A stretch of 64,000 bases of DNA from Girardia tigrina (lineage: Eukaryota). A program made the position numbers and the translations under genes. The stretch covers positions 1 through 64,000 of the forward strand of contig MQRK01250615.1 in NCBI GenBank assembly GCA_001938485.1, given 5' to 3'. Shown here piece after piece: positions 11,811-25,300 of the stretch (its first letter is position 1; every line of letters starts with the position of its first letter). The notes beneath the pieces are model-generated. The model worked only from the letters and a program-made list of their open reading frames with translations, did not search any database and was not told the DNA's origin.

Positions 11811-11939
11811 GGATATATAGTCGAAAACACCTTAGAAACCATCACTGATATCTCTAAAACCATGAAAAATACCTTAAAAATCATCGAAAACATGTAAAAA
11901 CTATCAAAATTACACAAAAAAGTGCAAAAAATCAATTCT

Positions 11940-12020
11940 ACACATGTGCTGCACATGTGCTAATGAATACTGCACTTGTGCTAAACAATACTGCACATGT
12001 GCTAAGCAATACTGCACTAA
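11940..12020. repeat. Short 21-bp tandem repeat (AATACTGCACATGTGCTAAGC-like)
   Basis: About 3.5 imperfect copies are visible. Confidence 0.75.
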
Positions 12021-12123
12021 GCCTAGGCAGCCTGATTAAGCTTAGTACAAGTGTGTAAAATCAATAAGTTCACAATTGTCGAAAGTGCAATGTATTCATG
12101 TTTTAATATAATATATTGTAAAG

Positions 12124-12351
12124 TGGTGCAGAATGCTCACAGTGTACAGAATGCTCACAGTGTACAGAATGCTCACAGTGTACAGAATGCTAACAGTATA
12201 CAGAATGCCCACAGTGTGCAGAATGCTCACAGTGTACAGAATGCTCACTGTGTACAGAATGCTCACAGTGTACAGAATGCTCTCAGTGTACAGAATGCTC
12301 ACAGTGTATAGAATGCTCACAGTGTATAGAATGCTCACAGTGTACAGAATG
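12124..12351. repeat. 18-bp minisatellite GTGTACAGAATGCTCACA, about 12-13 copies
   Basis: Directly visible; it explains the repetitive ORFs at 12051-12366. Confidence 0.95.
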
Positions 12352-13205
12352 AGTTTTGAGAATTAGAATAAGTTTTGCAAAAGTGACATTTCAAAGCAAA
12401 ATTTGCTATACTCCTCTTGTTTCGGTGTCAGTTCAGAGATCTTTTTCTCAGTACAAAACAATTCTGAGCTCTTTAAAGCAATGTTTTTCCTTTCTAAATT
12501 TGGAAAAAATCAACATTCTTTACTTTAATGCATTTTTAGAATAAATTTTTGAATTTATTATTTTATCTTTTGTTACTGCTATTTTACTGTTATTTTAAAA
12601 TGGAAACACGTAAAACTGTAAATTTATTTAAATAGACGAGGTTTTTATTAATAAGATAAGTATTTTTATCAACTGAAATAACCGAAATTTGCATTTTCAA
12701 CGACCAAAATGCCGACCGAAATTAACGTTTTTAAGAACCGAGATATCCATTCCCTAGTTATCACTATTGAAAGGAGTGTTTGTCAACAAAATTTTATATA
12801 TAATGTTTGTCTAAAATGTTTGTATGTTTGTTTATTTGTTAGTTTGTCGGTCTCGCTATGATCAAAATGTGAAATAGTGGAAGAATTCCTTACGAATCCA
12901 TGTATGGACGTGATCAATCTGGAAAGCCCGCACCGAGTCAGTTCTGTCGGTGCAGCGCCTTTGCCAAAAACGCCGGGAAACCGACAAAATCGACCGAAAA
13001 CCATGTTAATAACAGACTATTATTAACATCACCACTGAATTCAAAAGATGTCGATTTGGATGATTGCTAGAAGGAATTTGTGTTATAATGTTTAAGAAAA
13101 TACCAATAACATACTAATTGAATTGACAAATGACGATTTCTATAACTTATTATCTAACTATATTGCTAAAAATCAATTTTGTATAAATTTTATAAGACTC
13201 TATAT

Positions 13206-16104
13206 CAGAGGTGGCCAAGTGTGGCTCTTAGAGCCGCATGCGGCTCTTATTATATTTTTTGCGGCTCTCGCATTATTTATTGACCTCTCCTTGTGTACTA
13301 CAATATTTATTTTTGGGTTAAATTTTCTAAATTCTTTTTATAACAAATATTTACATTAAAATAAAGCCGGATACTCTGGATTTTGGTTGAAAAACAACGT
13401 GAACGGATAATGACACTTTGCATCCAGTGTGTTAATGTGTTTTGGAGCAATATAAAGTCAATAATTTCCTCAATACATAAATTTTCAGTCAGATTATTTA
13501 ACTCCCGAATCACGTAATATTATGTGCCAATTCATTAACAAGCAATCTCTTTTCTTTTAACCAAAAAAATAAAGATTATGATATTCAAATTGTGCGACGT
13601 GTGATCTCATGTGATACGCGCACGGTACTGTTTTATGTGTAAAATCGCATAATTAATTTAAGAAAAACAATAATATAAAAATAATAAGTGTCTTTTTTAT
13701 AGCTTCGAATTTAATTAATTCAAAGGTTTGAATTTTTTACAATACTATTTTTCTGTTATTATTAATATAAAAAATAAATCAATTTTTTTTAAATATAATG
13801 ATTAATTTTAAATCTAGATATTTTACTATTAGACATTTTATTTTCTAATGATTGTCATACCATGAGCTTAAAAGATACAAAGAAACGCAACTATGAGAAA
13901 GAAAATAGAAATTTTCAAAAAGAATGGTTTGAAGATTTTGCTTTTATTGATAACAAAGGAAAGTCACTCTGCCTTATCTGTACAACTGCAATCGCTAATT
14001 ATAAAGTTGGCAATTTACGTCGTCACTACCAAACTCATTCTGAATTCTCCGTTAACTATCCGCCGAATTCAAAATTGCGAACTGAGAAACTTAAATCCTT
14101 ACAGAAAGATCTCCACGGACAACAAGGATTCTTTTCATCTTTTAGTAAAGAAGATGTTAAATTAAAAGAAGCTAGCTATTTGTTAGCTTGGAACATTGCT
14201 CGTGCTAAACGATCTTATGGAGAGGGTGAATTTATTAAAAAAGACTTAGAAGAAGTGATCAAAATTCTGGACCCAGACAACAAAAAATTACAAAGATCGA
14301 TAGCACAGGTTCCAATATCACGTCATACATCTGAACGTCGTATTGGCTCAATTAGTAAAAATATTGAAAATACTTTGAAACGCGAATTAGAAAATTGTAC
14401 TGCGTTTAGTTTAGCTCTCGATGAATCCACCGATATACAGGATATTCCTCAATTATCTATTTTTGTCCCTTATGTGTCAGAAGATTTAGTTGTAAAAGAA
14501 GAATTGTTAGACCTAGCAGCTCTTATTGATACAACTCGTGGAGTTGATATTAAATATGCACTTGATGGTGTAATGAATAAATTTGAAATATTTTATGAAA
14601 AAATGGTAAGTGTTGCAACTGACGGTGCGCCTGTAATGGTAGGCCAGCATCAAGGTCTTATTGGTTTATTGAAAAGTGAAATCGAAATACCAAGATTTAT
14701 ACCACTAAACTGTATAATTCATAGAGAACACCTTGTTGCAAAATATTTTAAATATGAGAATGTGTGGAAGGTTGTCTTGCAGATTGTTAATTTCATTAGG
14801 ACAAATGCCAAAACGCATCGACAGTTCAAAAATTTTTGGAAGAATTGAAAATGAATGAAGAATCAGAAGATTTTCCTAAAGATCTATCTCTGTGGTGTAT
14901 TGTACGATGGTTATCGACTTTCAACGTTTTGAATCGTTTTGTAGAACTTTTAAGTCATATTAAAAAATTCTTAAAAGATTTTAAAGCAAAAAATTATCCA
15001 GAATTAGACAGTGAGATGTGGATTTCGGACTTAATATTTTTTACTGACATTTTGGAACATCTACAAACTCTAAACATGGCTTTGCAAGGAAAAAACAAAA
15101 ATATTATTGATCTATCTCAAACCGTATTAAATTTCGAATCTAAAATTAAACTTTTTATAAATGATCTTAGAAACCATACTTTTAATCATTTTCCGAGATT
15201 AAAAGTAAATATAAATGTTATTAAAGATGAAAAAATAAATGAATATAAAGAAAGGTTAGAAAATTTACAATTGGATTTCAAAAATAGATTTGAAGACATC
15301 AAAAATTTAAAGTCTTCGCTTTCTTATTTCTTAAATCCATTTAATTGTGACATAATTGAAGATGAGATTCAAATTTCCGAAGTCATACTAGTTGAGAAAG
15401 CTGCAGCGGAATTAGAGTTACTAGAGATGAAAGAAGACCTGGCTCTAAAAACTTACCACAAGGCGTTATCTACACTTGAATTTTGGAATTTGGTACCAAT
15501 ATCAAAATATCCTCAATTGAAAAAGGCTGCTTGCCGTCTTTTTTCAATTTTCGGCACAACATATTGCTGCGAATCATTATTTTCTACAATGGAGTTTGTG
15601 AAGTCCAAATTTCGTTCACAGTTATCAAATGAGCTCCTAACACAATTGATAAGAACAGCTCTAACAAATTTTACTCCGAATTTCCAAGATTTATCCAAAA
15701 GTATTTATTAAATAATATTAATAAGATGCGTGTTTTTTTCGTTTTTTTTCTAAAGTATATTCTAAATTNNNNNNNNNNNNNNNNNNNNNNNNNNNNNNNN
15801 NNNNNNNNNNNNNNNNNNNNNNNNNNNNNNNNNNNNNNNNTATAACAATATCAATTTACAAATTTATTGCACAATGAATTGTATGATGTAAAATTTCAAT
15901 TCGTATTGTATTACATTAATAAAACATATTTAATTTTGTAAAATAATTATTATTCTTCTTGTCAACTTTGTAAACTAAAATCATTTAATTAGATATTATT
16001 ATTTTTTCAATTCCAGCTGATATGAAGAACCTCCTATCTGTGGCTCTCATTAAAATTTAAAATATAAAATTTTTCTCTCTTAAATTTCTTCTTGGCCACC
16101 CCTG
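13206..16104 (+). mobile_element. Full-length Buster-group hAT transposon (SPIN/Charlie/GTF2IRD2-like)
   Basis: 14-bp TIRs CAGAGGTGGCCAAG / CTTGGCCACCCCTG. Perfect 8-bp TSD CTCTATAT (13198-13205, 16105-16112) with central TA. Empty site near 2130-2142. Confidence 0.96.
13862..15711 (+). pseudogene. Buster-type hAT transposase with one frameshift
   Basis: Motifs CLIC...NLRRHY, FSLALDESTD, TDGAP, CIIH, VRWLS and FGTTYCCESLFS. Frameshift in a T-run near 14833-14837. Confidence 0.93.
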
Positions 16105-17789
16105 CTCTATATCTTCTGAATCATAGTATGTCGGTCACGTTAAAATTTTACTATGATCATATATATATATATATATATATACTGATAAAATGCAAAATGG
16201 CGAAGGAACCGGAGTGAATCTACGTAAGTACTTATCAATCTGGATAACCCACATCAAGATATTTCTGTCAGTAAAGAGACTTCGCCTGAAAGATGCCGGG
16301 AAGCCAAAAAGTCGAGTAACGGTTAAATCAACACCGAATTCGAAACAATAAATAATAAATTATAATAATTATGATTTAAAAATTAAAACAGAAAATTTCT
16401 GTGAGGATTGGTGCAGAAAATAAGCAAATATATAAAATCAAAAGTTCTTGAAAAGAATTATAATTAAAAATGTCTCTAATTAATTTTAAAAATTAATTCT
16501 CAAAAATAAATTAATGAAATTTTATTTGATAAAAATGTCATTTTTAAAACAGATAATTTTTTAAATATCAAAGCTATTTGAAAATGTTGTAAATTTGAAA
16601 TTTTTTATAAATAATTAATTTTTTAAACATTTGACTTTTTAGAAAAAACAGCCATTAAATTTTTTTAATAATTATTAAAATTATTATTAAAATTCAGATA
16701 TCTGGTTTTGTGCAAAATAAGGAAATATTGTTCCTCGTAAATTGGTTTGGAAACAGTTAATTTTAATAGACATAAATATTTGTGTTGTGAATTCTATTCT
16801 CGATCACGAACTGAATACTTTCAAAGACGAAAATTCAGCTCAAGCGTACTAAATGACGGGTATTTTCTAGTTATCTATAATTTAAAAACTTTAATTAATT
16901 ATTTATTTAATATATCTTTATATAATTATTTTATTTAATTAATAATTATGTATTATCTATTTTTTCTGTTTGTCGATCCCATAATATTCCGCTCTAGCAT
17001 TATTTATTGTAAAATTAACATTTACAAATGCTTTCATTTATGTTTCCCAATTGGAACCTAAAGTTATAATATTCTAAAATAAAATTTCAAACATATTTTA
17101 TCCACAATTTTGTCAATTCAAGCGACTCTTCGTATCCGACTTGAGCTTATTTATATAATAAATCTATTTTTATTTAAGAGAAAATATCGAAATATTGACA
17201 ATTGAAGATTTAAAATGACTATAATACTAATTGAAAGATAATTTATTGTCTTATTTATTGATTTATTTTGAAAAATTTAATTTTATTCATTTTTATTTTT
17301 TTGCTGTTTTTTTAATTCAATGAGATTCAAGCAAAAGTCCTTTATAATTTTATAAGAGGCATTTTATTATTTATTTATATTTTCATTTTTATTTATGTAA
17401 GATTGTTTAAATATTTAATTATTATGTTTTCCTTTATTTAATGCTGCTAAAAACAAATGCCAATTGAATAATTACAGAAGACAATTTATTTTTAATAATT
17501 TTATTTTTCTTATTTACCTTGACGAAGCAAGTCAAAATTGTTTCCATGTAAGAACTCGCGTTTCCTATTATTTCGAATTTCTACTTTTTTCCATTTTTGA
17601 AAATACTGATTATTAAAACAAGTTATCAATAATTTAAATTAATCTTCCTTAATGTCTTCAATAGCCAAAATATGTAGCAATCAAACAAAGAAACTGAGCA
17701 ACAAAATGTTAAATCATAGTTAAATTATAACTATTTGAATTTATTGTAATAACGCCTACAAATTTCATACTTGATAACCTAATATAATT

Positions 17790-18047
17790 ATAGCATTTTT
17801 ACAATGAAATCGAACTTTTGCAAAATGAAATGAGTTTTTTTTGGAGAGAATGATCGAATAACTAAAAAATCGAAAGACTCTCTATGATGGGTTGGTATGG
17901 GGACACTTAATCCAGAGACAGTTAATCTCGGTACAGTTAATCCAGGACACTTAATCCCGATGTAACTTAATACTGAACTTAAATTCCATTTTGCAAAGGT
18001 TCACTTCCATTTTGCGAAAGTTCAATTTCATTACAAAAAATGCTATG
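17790..18047. mobile_element. MITE-like element
   Basis: ~40-bp TIR TAGCATTTTTT..AATGAAAT.GAACTTT.GCAAAATG; internal 15-bp repeats GGACA[C/G]TTAATCC at 17900-17975. Confidence 0.65.
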
Positions 18048-19559
18048 TATTTAATTTTATGTCTTTGACTGGAAATGATACTTCAATCACTCATTCGTTC
18101 CTGGTTAGAATCCAGAGACAATTGTTATATAGATAGTTTTACATTATACTGAATTCAAAATCAGCAACACAATTTTTTCAAGGCAGTTATATTGTCCTTT
18201 GGGATACCTATCATGACGCCCATATAACACCATAATTACAAAAGCCAATTTATGACATAATTTATTTAAGGATATTCTCTATATATCTCTCACAATATAT
18301 AACATATTTTAGGGTTCCGAATTACAATTAAGTACATTTTAAGCCAATATCCATACGGATTATCTCTAAATTGAAAAGTTGTCCACATAATTGCTTAATT
18401 CTTAAGACTTCTGTTCTTTCATGTCGCTCTCAACAGAGACGACCTACTAAAGTTAATTCAAATTTACGACATTGGATTTTCATATTTATGTCTTTTATTC
18501 ACACAATTATTTGTCTAAGATTACAGACTAAAATGAAAACAAATAAACAATTTTCTTCAAACATTATTTCAGTAGTTAGGTAGTTCTTAATTCTAATAAA
18601 TAAGAAACAATTAGGTAGATTACGAACCCTAACTCCGTGAAGAGACATTAATCACGTAAGGGGAATGGAGAAAGTACCCTTGCTGGTCTTTCGCATCCAC
18701 GATAATGATTATGTGATTATATATTATTAATTATTTCATAAGGATTCAATAATACATTTATAATCAAACAAATCCATACAGGTTTTTAATATTTTTCTAT
18801 TTTACTAATTATAAAGAAAACATTCTATCAACATTTGATTATTTTCAAATAATAATATTTGTTACAATGTTTTACAAAGATTGCCTTTAGTAGGGGGAAA
18901 ATGAGAGTTCTGGACCAACTCCATTTGATTATTTTCAAATAATGATATTTGTTACAATGTTTTACAAAGATTGCCTTTCATGTTTGAAAAGAAATATTTT
19001 ACTCATAAATTCTTCCTTACTCTATTTAGCGTCTATCTCCAAACATTTATCCATTCCATATTTTAATAATTCGTTTTGGTGAACTCTGCGTGCTGATATT
19101 GAAAGGAATGGATAGTGTACAAGTGTACAAGTCTTTGACCCTTCTGATCTTTTCAGAATTTAATCTTTCAGATTTAAAAATTTTTTTCTCATCTGTTTAC
19201 TTCTGGAAGATGTAACCTCAATCCGATAGATGGATTGAAACAAATTGGTAATTTTACTTCTTGTTTTCTTTTGTAAAACAAAAGATTTTAAAATATTTTA
19301 ATAGTCGATCACTGATGTCTACTTTTTGATTGTAGATCACTGAAAATGTTTCAGAACCTAATTGATTTTGAAAAATGAATATTCTATTTTTCAGACGAAT
19401 TTCGATTCACATTATGAGAGATTGTTTCGGGAATCATTGCTAATCAGTCAACTTGTCACCGGAAATCTCTCACGCTAATAATTTATTTGGGGATTTCCAT
19501 AGCCTGGTTTCAATAGATTTAGCTGACAAGGATGTAAAAATAACTCCAGTTACTATGTG

Positions 19560-19870
19560 AAGCAAGTTAAGACGAAAATCTGGCGAATGCAATCTTTATT
19601 TACACACAAGTGCATTCTCTATAAGTGAAATCGAGAAGGTGGGTTTCCACAGCCTCCCATATCCTTCCTATGCATCGGACCTTGTTCCGAATGACTAATA
19701 TTTGTTCTTCGATCTTAAATAAAACCTATATACATTTCACCTCAAAAGCAGAATTAAAAGAAATGCGAGAAATCCTGGTTAATCAATTTCACATTTGCTA
19801 TGAAAATGCCTTTTGGAGCTGTTAAGATACTGGAAAAAGTTCTTGCAGAGTGGTGCGTCATATATTGAAA
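19560..19870 (+). pseudogene. Highly decayed mariner transposase C-terminus
   Basis: PYPSYASDLVPND*YLF resembles the mariner motif HPPYSPDLAPSDYYLF. Confidence 0.5.
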
Positions 19871-19989
19871 AATAAATATCTTTACATACCCACCAATTTT
19901 TGTAAAAGATTATTCATGTATCATGTTGTTTCCTACTACATTCTGCGCCCATTAATCCATGCATAATTTTTGAAATGCATCATCAGCAG

Positions 19990-20710
19990 ATTGTTTAATA
20001 TGTTTCTCCTTTGTTTTCCTTTTTATTTTGTCCTTTTACTTTTCGGGATCCAGTATTTGTTATCGATTGTCGTTACGATATCATCTTTCACTGCCTTTTT
20101 TTCAGCTTTGATATCTGATCTAGTCTGTTTTATCTTGTCCTATTCTTTTTGCCATTTGAATCCTTTGGATTCTTCGTCTTACGCTGGGATTCTTATTTTA
20201 ACTTTACCTTTCTTAGCTTCTTCATGCATCATCTGACATTGCACAAACATTTCGCAGGAATTTCTTGGTTTTGAAATGACATTAGAATGCTTTTCACCTT
20301 TCCTGTATTCCATTGTCGCATCTAAGCTCCTTAGAAAATTTATCCAAGTTTGAAACTGCGGAGTGATTGGTTCCCTTGTCGTCATCATAAAGGTAATGAC
20401 TTTATGAACCGTTCTCAATAAAAATTTCTTTGCCGTATAGGAAATATTTGAAGTGTTGTATAAAGTAGTAGATTTCCAGCAGTTCGCTATCTCGTAATAC
20501 AATATCACAGTTTGCGTTTGTTCATTTTGTGGAATCCGTATGCAATAAATCTTCCCCTCCCATACCTATCCTTCTGTGATAGTATCGCTCCAATTGTGTC
20601 AAAAGTAGCATTCGAGTCCAATATGAATTCCTTTTCGAAATCTGGGTATGCTAGTATTGGTGTATTGATCATCTTTTCCTTTGACTTTTGAAACACCTCG
20701 TTCCATTCTG
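19990..20710 (-). mobile_element. Gypsy RNaseH-region fragment, same family as 8170-10420
   Basis: Motifs TPILAYPDF, ITPQFQTWINFL, YRKGEKHSN and HEEAKKGK. Confidence 0.9.
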
Positions 20711-21681
20711 TTTTTTTTGTGTTTTAAAAATAATTCATAATCAGTTTTTAAATATACACAGGTCTATATTTCGAAATTAGAAGGCTTTGGGTTGTTAAAT
20801 CATCAAATAATGTAAGAGATAATCATTAAGATTCCTTGGGTATAAAAAGAGATATTTTTTTATTACTTTGACAAAATTTCCATTTAAATAAACATATCTT
20901 ATTTGCAACAAAGTTAATTTAGTAATTATATTTTAGGGATAATGGTCATAGAAAGTGATGTCGATAACACATATCATTGTATGCTTATGAATTAACTTCC
21001 AATACGTATCTGAAACCCCAAGAGACTTTCTTATACTGGATATTTTTTAATGAATGTCGATCAATCATGGCGATAAACTAAATACTTGAATTAAAATATT
21101 ATTCAGTTAAGTAAATATTTTACAAAAATAAATGAACCAACTGAATATCATTAATATTTCAAACAAAAAAGATTTTATCAACAACTCTGCTTCGGATATT
21201 TTATTAGAAAAAACTTAATTTCAAGAAATATTTATCTAAAAAATTAAGGAACACCAGAGACTCTTTAGGCAGTTTTGTTATAAGAATGTTCTTTTAGAAC
21301 CAAGAGGGAGGAAATGACGACTGAATATTTTTTTCTAATTTCATTATTTCTAAACCTAAAACATGTTTTCATGTAACATAGAAGCACTCAAATTATTCAG
21401 TAATTTTTTTATTATTTATTATTTTTTATTTATTCAATTTATGACTTATTTTATCTTAAAACAACAACTGTCAGCCGCGTTTATTTTAACACGAAAATTT
21501 ATTAACGAAAATTACATACATATTTAAACAAATTTGTCGTTAATTTAATCATTTCACAAAAATCCATTTTCTTGATTATTAATTTAATTTATTAAATTTT
21601 AATTATACTTGCAAAATTTTAAAATTATAATAATAAAATTTATTTATAAAATTTTAATTTACAAGCTTTTTATTTTTTTAA

Positions 21682-21924
21682 CTCTTTCCAGCCCATTGTT
21701 GCCACATGGCAACATATTTGAAAAATTAAATTACAGTTATCTCTTTTGCCCAATTTAAATTTTACACATAGTAATAGTTTCTAAAAAGTCTAATAGATGA
21801 CACTACATATATACAATGCAAAAAAGCGCGATTCTCACTTGTTTCTTAGCAATTTAAATCAACATTGTAACGGATATTCAATGCTACAATATTTTGCTTA
21901 AATAATAATTTGGGCTGGAAAGGG
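21682..21924. mobile_element. piggyBac-type MITE (243 bp)
   Basis: TTAA on both sides; 14-bp TIR CTCTTTCCAGCCCA / TGGGCTGGAAAGGG. Confidence 0.85.
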
Positions 21925-22319
21925 TTAAAATATATAAAAAATATAAATCCTTTTATTATTTATTTTAAAATTATTATTTTAAAACTTTTATGAATCATTT
22001 TGCTATTAAAATATATTAAATAATGTAATTATATTTTATCAATGTAAACTTTCTTTGGTTGTATATAAATATTTACTTTTTTGTATTTTTTAAAATAAAA
22101 TCATTTTAAACTTTTTTAAGTTACATAAACTTTTTCTATTTACTTAATTTTTTAAAATTTTAAATTAAATAAAATCGATACATTATTTGTCGAATTGAAA
22201 ATTTTAACTTTATCCTCATAACTACAATCCTAAAGTAATTTCTTACAACAAAAATTATGATTTTACTAACATCTTAAGTTTTTTAAATATAAAAATTGCG
22301 TAATGAGAAATTTGCTTAT

Positions 22320-25300
22320 GGGTAATTTGTTCTAAGCCTTTTACGCATTGCAATTTCTTTTTTGTTGAAGTCTCTGGTCCCCCAAGCAAACATATCCAAA
22401 ACGGAATCTTGAAATAAATTGTGGTTTCAGAAAAGCACTATCACTTAAAGTGTTTCAGTCCATGTTTCACTTTTTGGTGATTTACGATATACACAATTCC
22501 ATATTATCCTGATTGATCATCATTTCATCGCATTGAGAATCATTCGATCTAAAACGGATTCTGAACTTTAATTTTTCTGAAATGTTAAATAAGTGTATTC
22601 AAGCAATTTCAATGGTACCTGTGAGGAATATTTTAAATTGTATGAATGAGTGAATGAGTGATGTTGTATGTTGATTTAAGTATGTTGAATTTAGAATGGT
22701 GATTCTCCACCCAGATGGAAATTGGTAGTTTTTTGTATTTACAGGGATTGACTATTCGAACATAATTAAAATAATAATTTGATAAGTTTATATTTTTAAA
22801 TTAACAATTAAAATTAGCAATTATTTAAAAGATTAAGTTTATTTGTGAAACAAATGAATATCATATTGAAATTGAATTAAGACAACTTTTACAATTTGAA
22901 ATCTTTCAGATAAATTGCTACACTAAATTTTTATATTTTAGAATTCTTTTTTTCGGCATACAACTTATTGTATTAAAGAACTAGGCAAATATTTTTTCCG
23001 TGATGATGAGCGAGCGTGCGCAGCGCGGCTGCAGCAGCATGGTGCGAGCGGGGGGTTTTCGGGTCGAGGGGAATAATTTAATTTTATCTTACTAAGTTTA
23101 CGGGTAGGTAGCACAGGGATTTCTTTTTTGTCGCAGACCGCGAATTCGGAGATTTAGAAATTGCAATACTATCTGTTTGAATTGGCATGGATTCTGGTGA
23201 TTTTGAATGAAAGTCATCAATCTGTATTTTTTTAGTTGGTGATAATGCAGAAAAACTGGAGCTTGGAATGAGATTGTGAGTTAGAGACTCTGAATTTTTG
23301 TAGCTATAATTACGATTCAGTTTCAGTAAAGGTGAGCGTATTTCTGTCGAAGCTGGAGCAAATGGATCTCTTTCTGATTCCATTCCAGAACTTGATGAAA
23401 CCGCTGAATTGTTCGATCTGATTCTATACTTTCTGGACATAGGGAGATTGTTCAAATCCGATGACCAGGCATTCCTGGTTCGAAAATCATCGTGTGTTTA
23501 TTTGGTGTCAAAAATCATGATTGCCTTTGTTGAGATTTTTCAAATCACGAATGATACGAAAATCATCATCTTCAAGTTCAAATTGTGACTTTTCATTTGT
23601 GACAACTGATGTAGATCTGCTATGACTTCTATTTTGGTGAGACAAAGTTGAGGAAATTGTGCTGAATATTTTCTATTGAGAAATTTTCTGGTTGCTCAAA
23701 TAACGATCTCGTAAAACCCTTTTAAACTTTATGGGGTTTAATGATAATTTGTTGTTAAATAAAGCCGAATTTCTAGATTTCAAATCTGCATCTGAATTTT
23801 CAAATGAAATAGTAAGATGTCCAGTAGTTTGATCTTCAGCTATCACTGGTTTCGGTTTTACAGATTCGCAGTTGATACTTTCATTCATACTAGCACACTT
23901 CGGATATAAATCTTTATTGACTTGAAAGACGTGTACATTTGTCTTAGATTGTAGATCTTTCCATGAAGAATTTTTAATAGATGTAGATGATATTGCGAGT
24001 TGATTGCTATTAGAGAAATCGATCTGATTGCAAGACTTTGTACAGTTTTCTGTCACTGGTAATTCCGACCCTGACGAGCTTATGTCAACTTTAGGATAAA
24101 CGGGCCATTTTTTGTGTATCTGTGTCATACATTGTATTGTCGAACGTCTGTATGGTGAAGATGGACTAGATAGTACTCTCAAGGTTCTCTGAGAATTTAG
24201 ATGTTTCTCGAATAAACACGTAGGAGATTTCTCGATGCAACCGGTACATCCATTCCTGACGAATACGATCGACTAATTTCGTCGTAATAAAATGTACTGT
24301 TATTCGCGCAGACCTCAACGTGAAGACTCTAAATGTGATAATAATTAAAATTCAAATGAAAATTGTCTTAATGTTCTTAATAGTATCGAAGACAATCAAC
24401 CGTGAATTCACAACATAAAATGATTTTTAAATAATAACTTAACATGCTTGCAATTGAAATAAAATCATGACATGTAAGTATTCGCTTTGTCTGCATTCGT
24501 TTGAGGTGGAATATAATGGGCAGAAATCGTAACCCACTAAAGCAACCCAGATGAAGGCCCTGAGCAACGAGAGCTTATCACAAGTTGCGATTGCAACAAG
24601 GCTTGGTGTTAATCAGTCGGTGGTGTCTGAATGTCTCAGCGGTCAAAGCAAGTGACATTATGATTAGTGATGTCCGTATTCCCAGTTTAATATTGTATGT
24701 TTTATAATTTTAATTTTTAATTGTTATCGCTTATAGCGATATCAATTTATAGTTTTAAAACATTTTTAAGTTAAATTGTTTTATTATTTATGTTTTACTA
24801 ATATTGTTTTAAAAAATGACGTTACCTTTTTCATTGTGACAACTTTGCTGGAAGGACTGCTTAACGAATTCTTTTTCAGCAAGGACATGGATAAAAGTAA
24901 AAAAGGACGTCATAAATACATATAGAAATTTTAACATAAATATAAATCTAGGTTTTATGTCTGTGGTTTTCTAAGTTTTCAATATAGTTTTCTGATATCA
25001 AATCAAATGGTTCCTCAATAAATAGTTCTACTAACACTCGTACACCAATTGTAAATCTATGAACAATATTTTAAATAAATTTCAACCTTTTATAACCTCC
25101 AATAATCGAATCTCTTTTATCACTAAGTATTTCCCTTTCGGTATTGACTGCCTTGATTTAATTGCCGTATTGTGGTCGATGTACATCACGACACTGTATG
25201 AGTTCTTGAAAGTGAACTAGTCCGAGCGAAATGACGAACTTATTCATGCCAGTCGACTCAACAGGTACAACATTATCTTCAAGTAGTTCTTCTGTAAATT

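Larger units (their letters stand above)
12793..16870 (+). mobile_element. Non-autonomous Helitron (paralog of 444-2548) interrupted by a hAT element
   Basis: Ends ...AAATGACGGGTATTTTCTAG|T at 16870 (hairpin degenerate); same 5' microsatellite as the paralog. Confidence 0.72.
12374..17312 (-). repeat. Right arm of long inverted duplication
   Basis: Reverse complement of 1-2966, with a hAT insertion at 13206-16104 and without the H2B insertion. Confidence 0.95.

Noticed and set aside
12124-12351. Regular short repeats as a possible CRISPR array or repeat protein (VQNAHS)n
   Set aside because: Head-to-tail 18-bp units with no unique spacers and no cas genes, in a eukaryotic context. The ORFs are by-products of the minisatellite.
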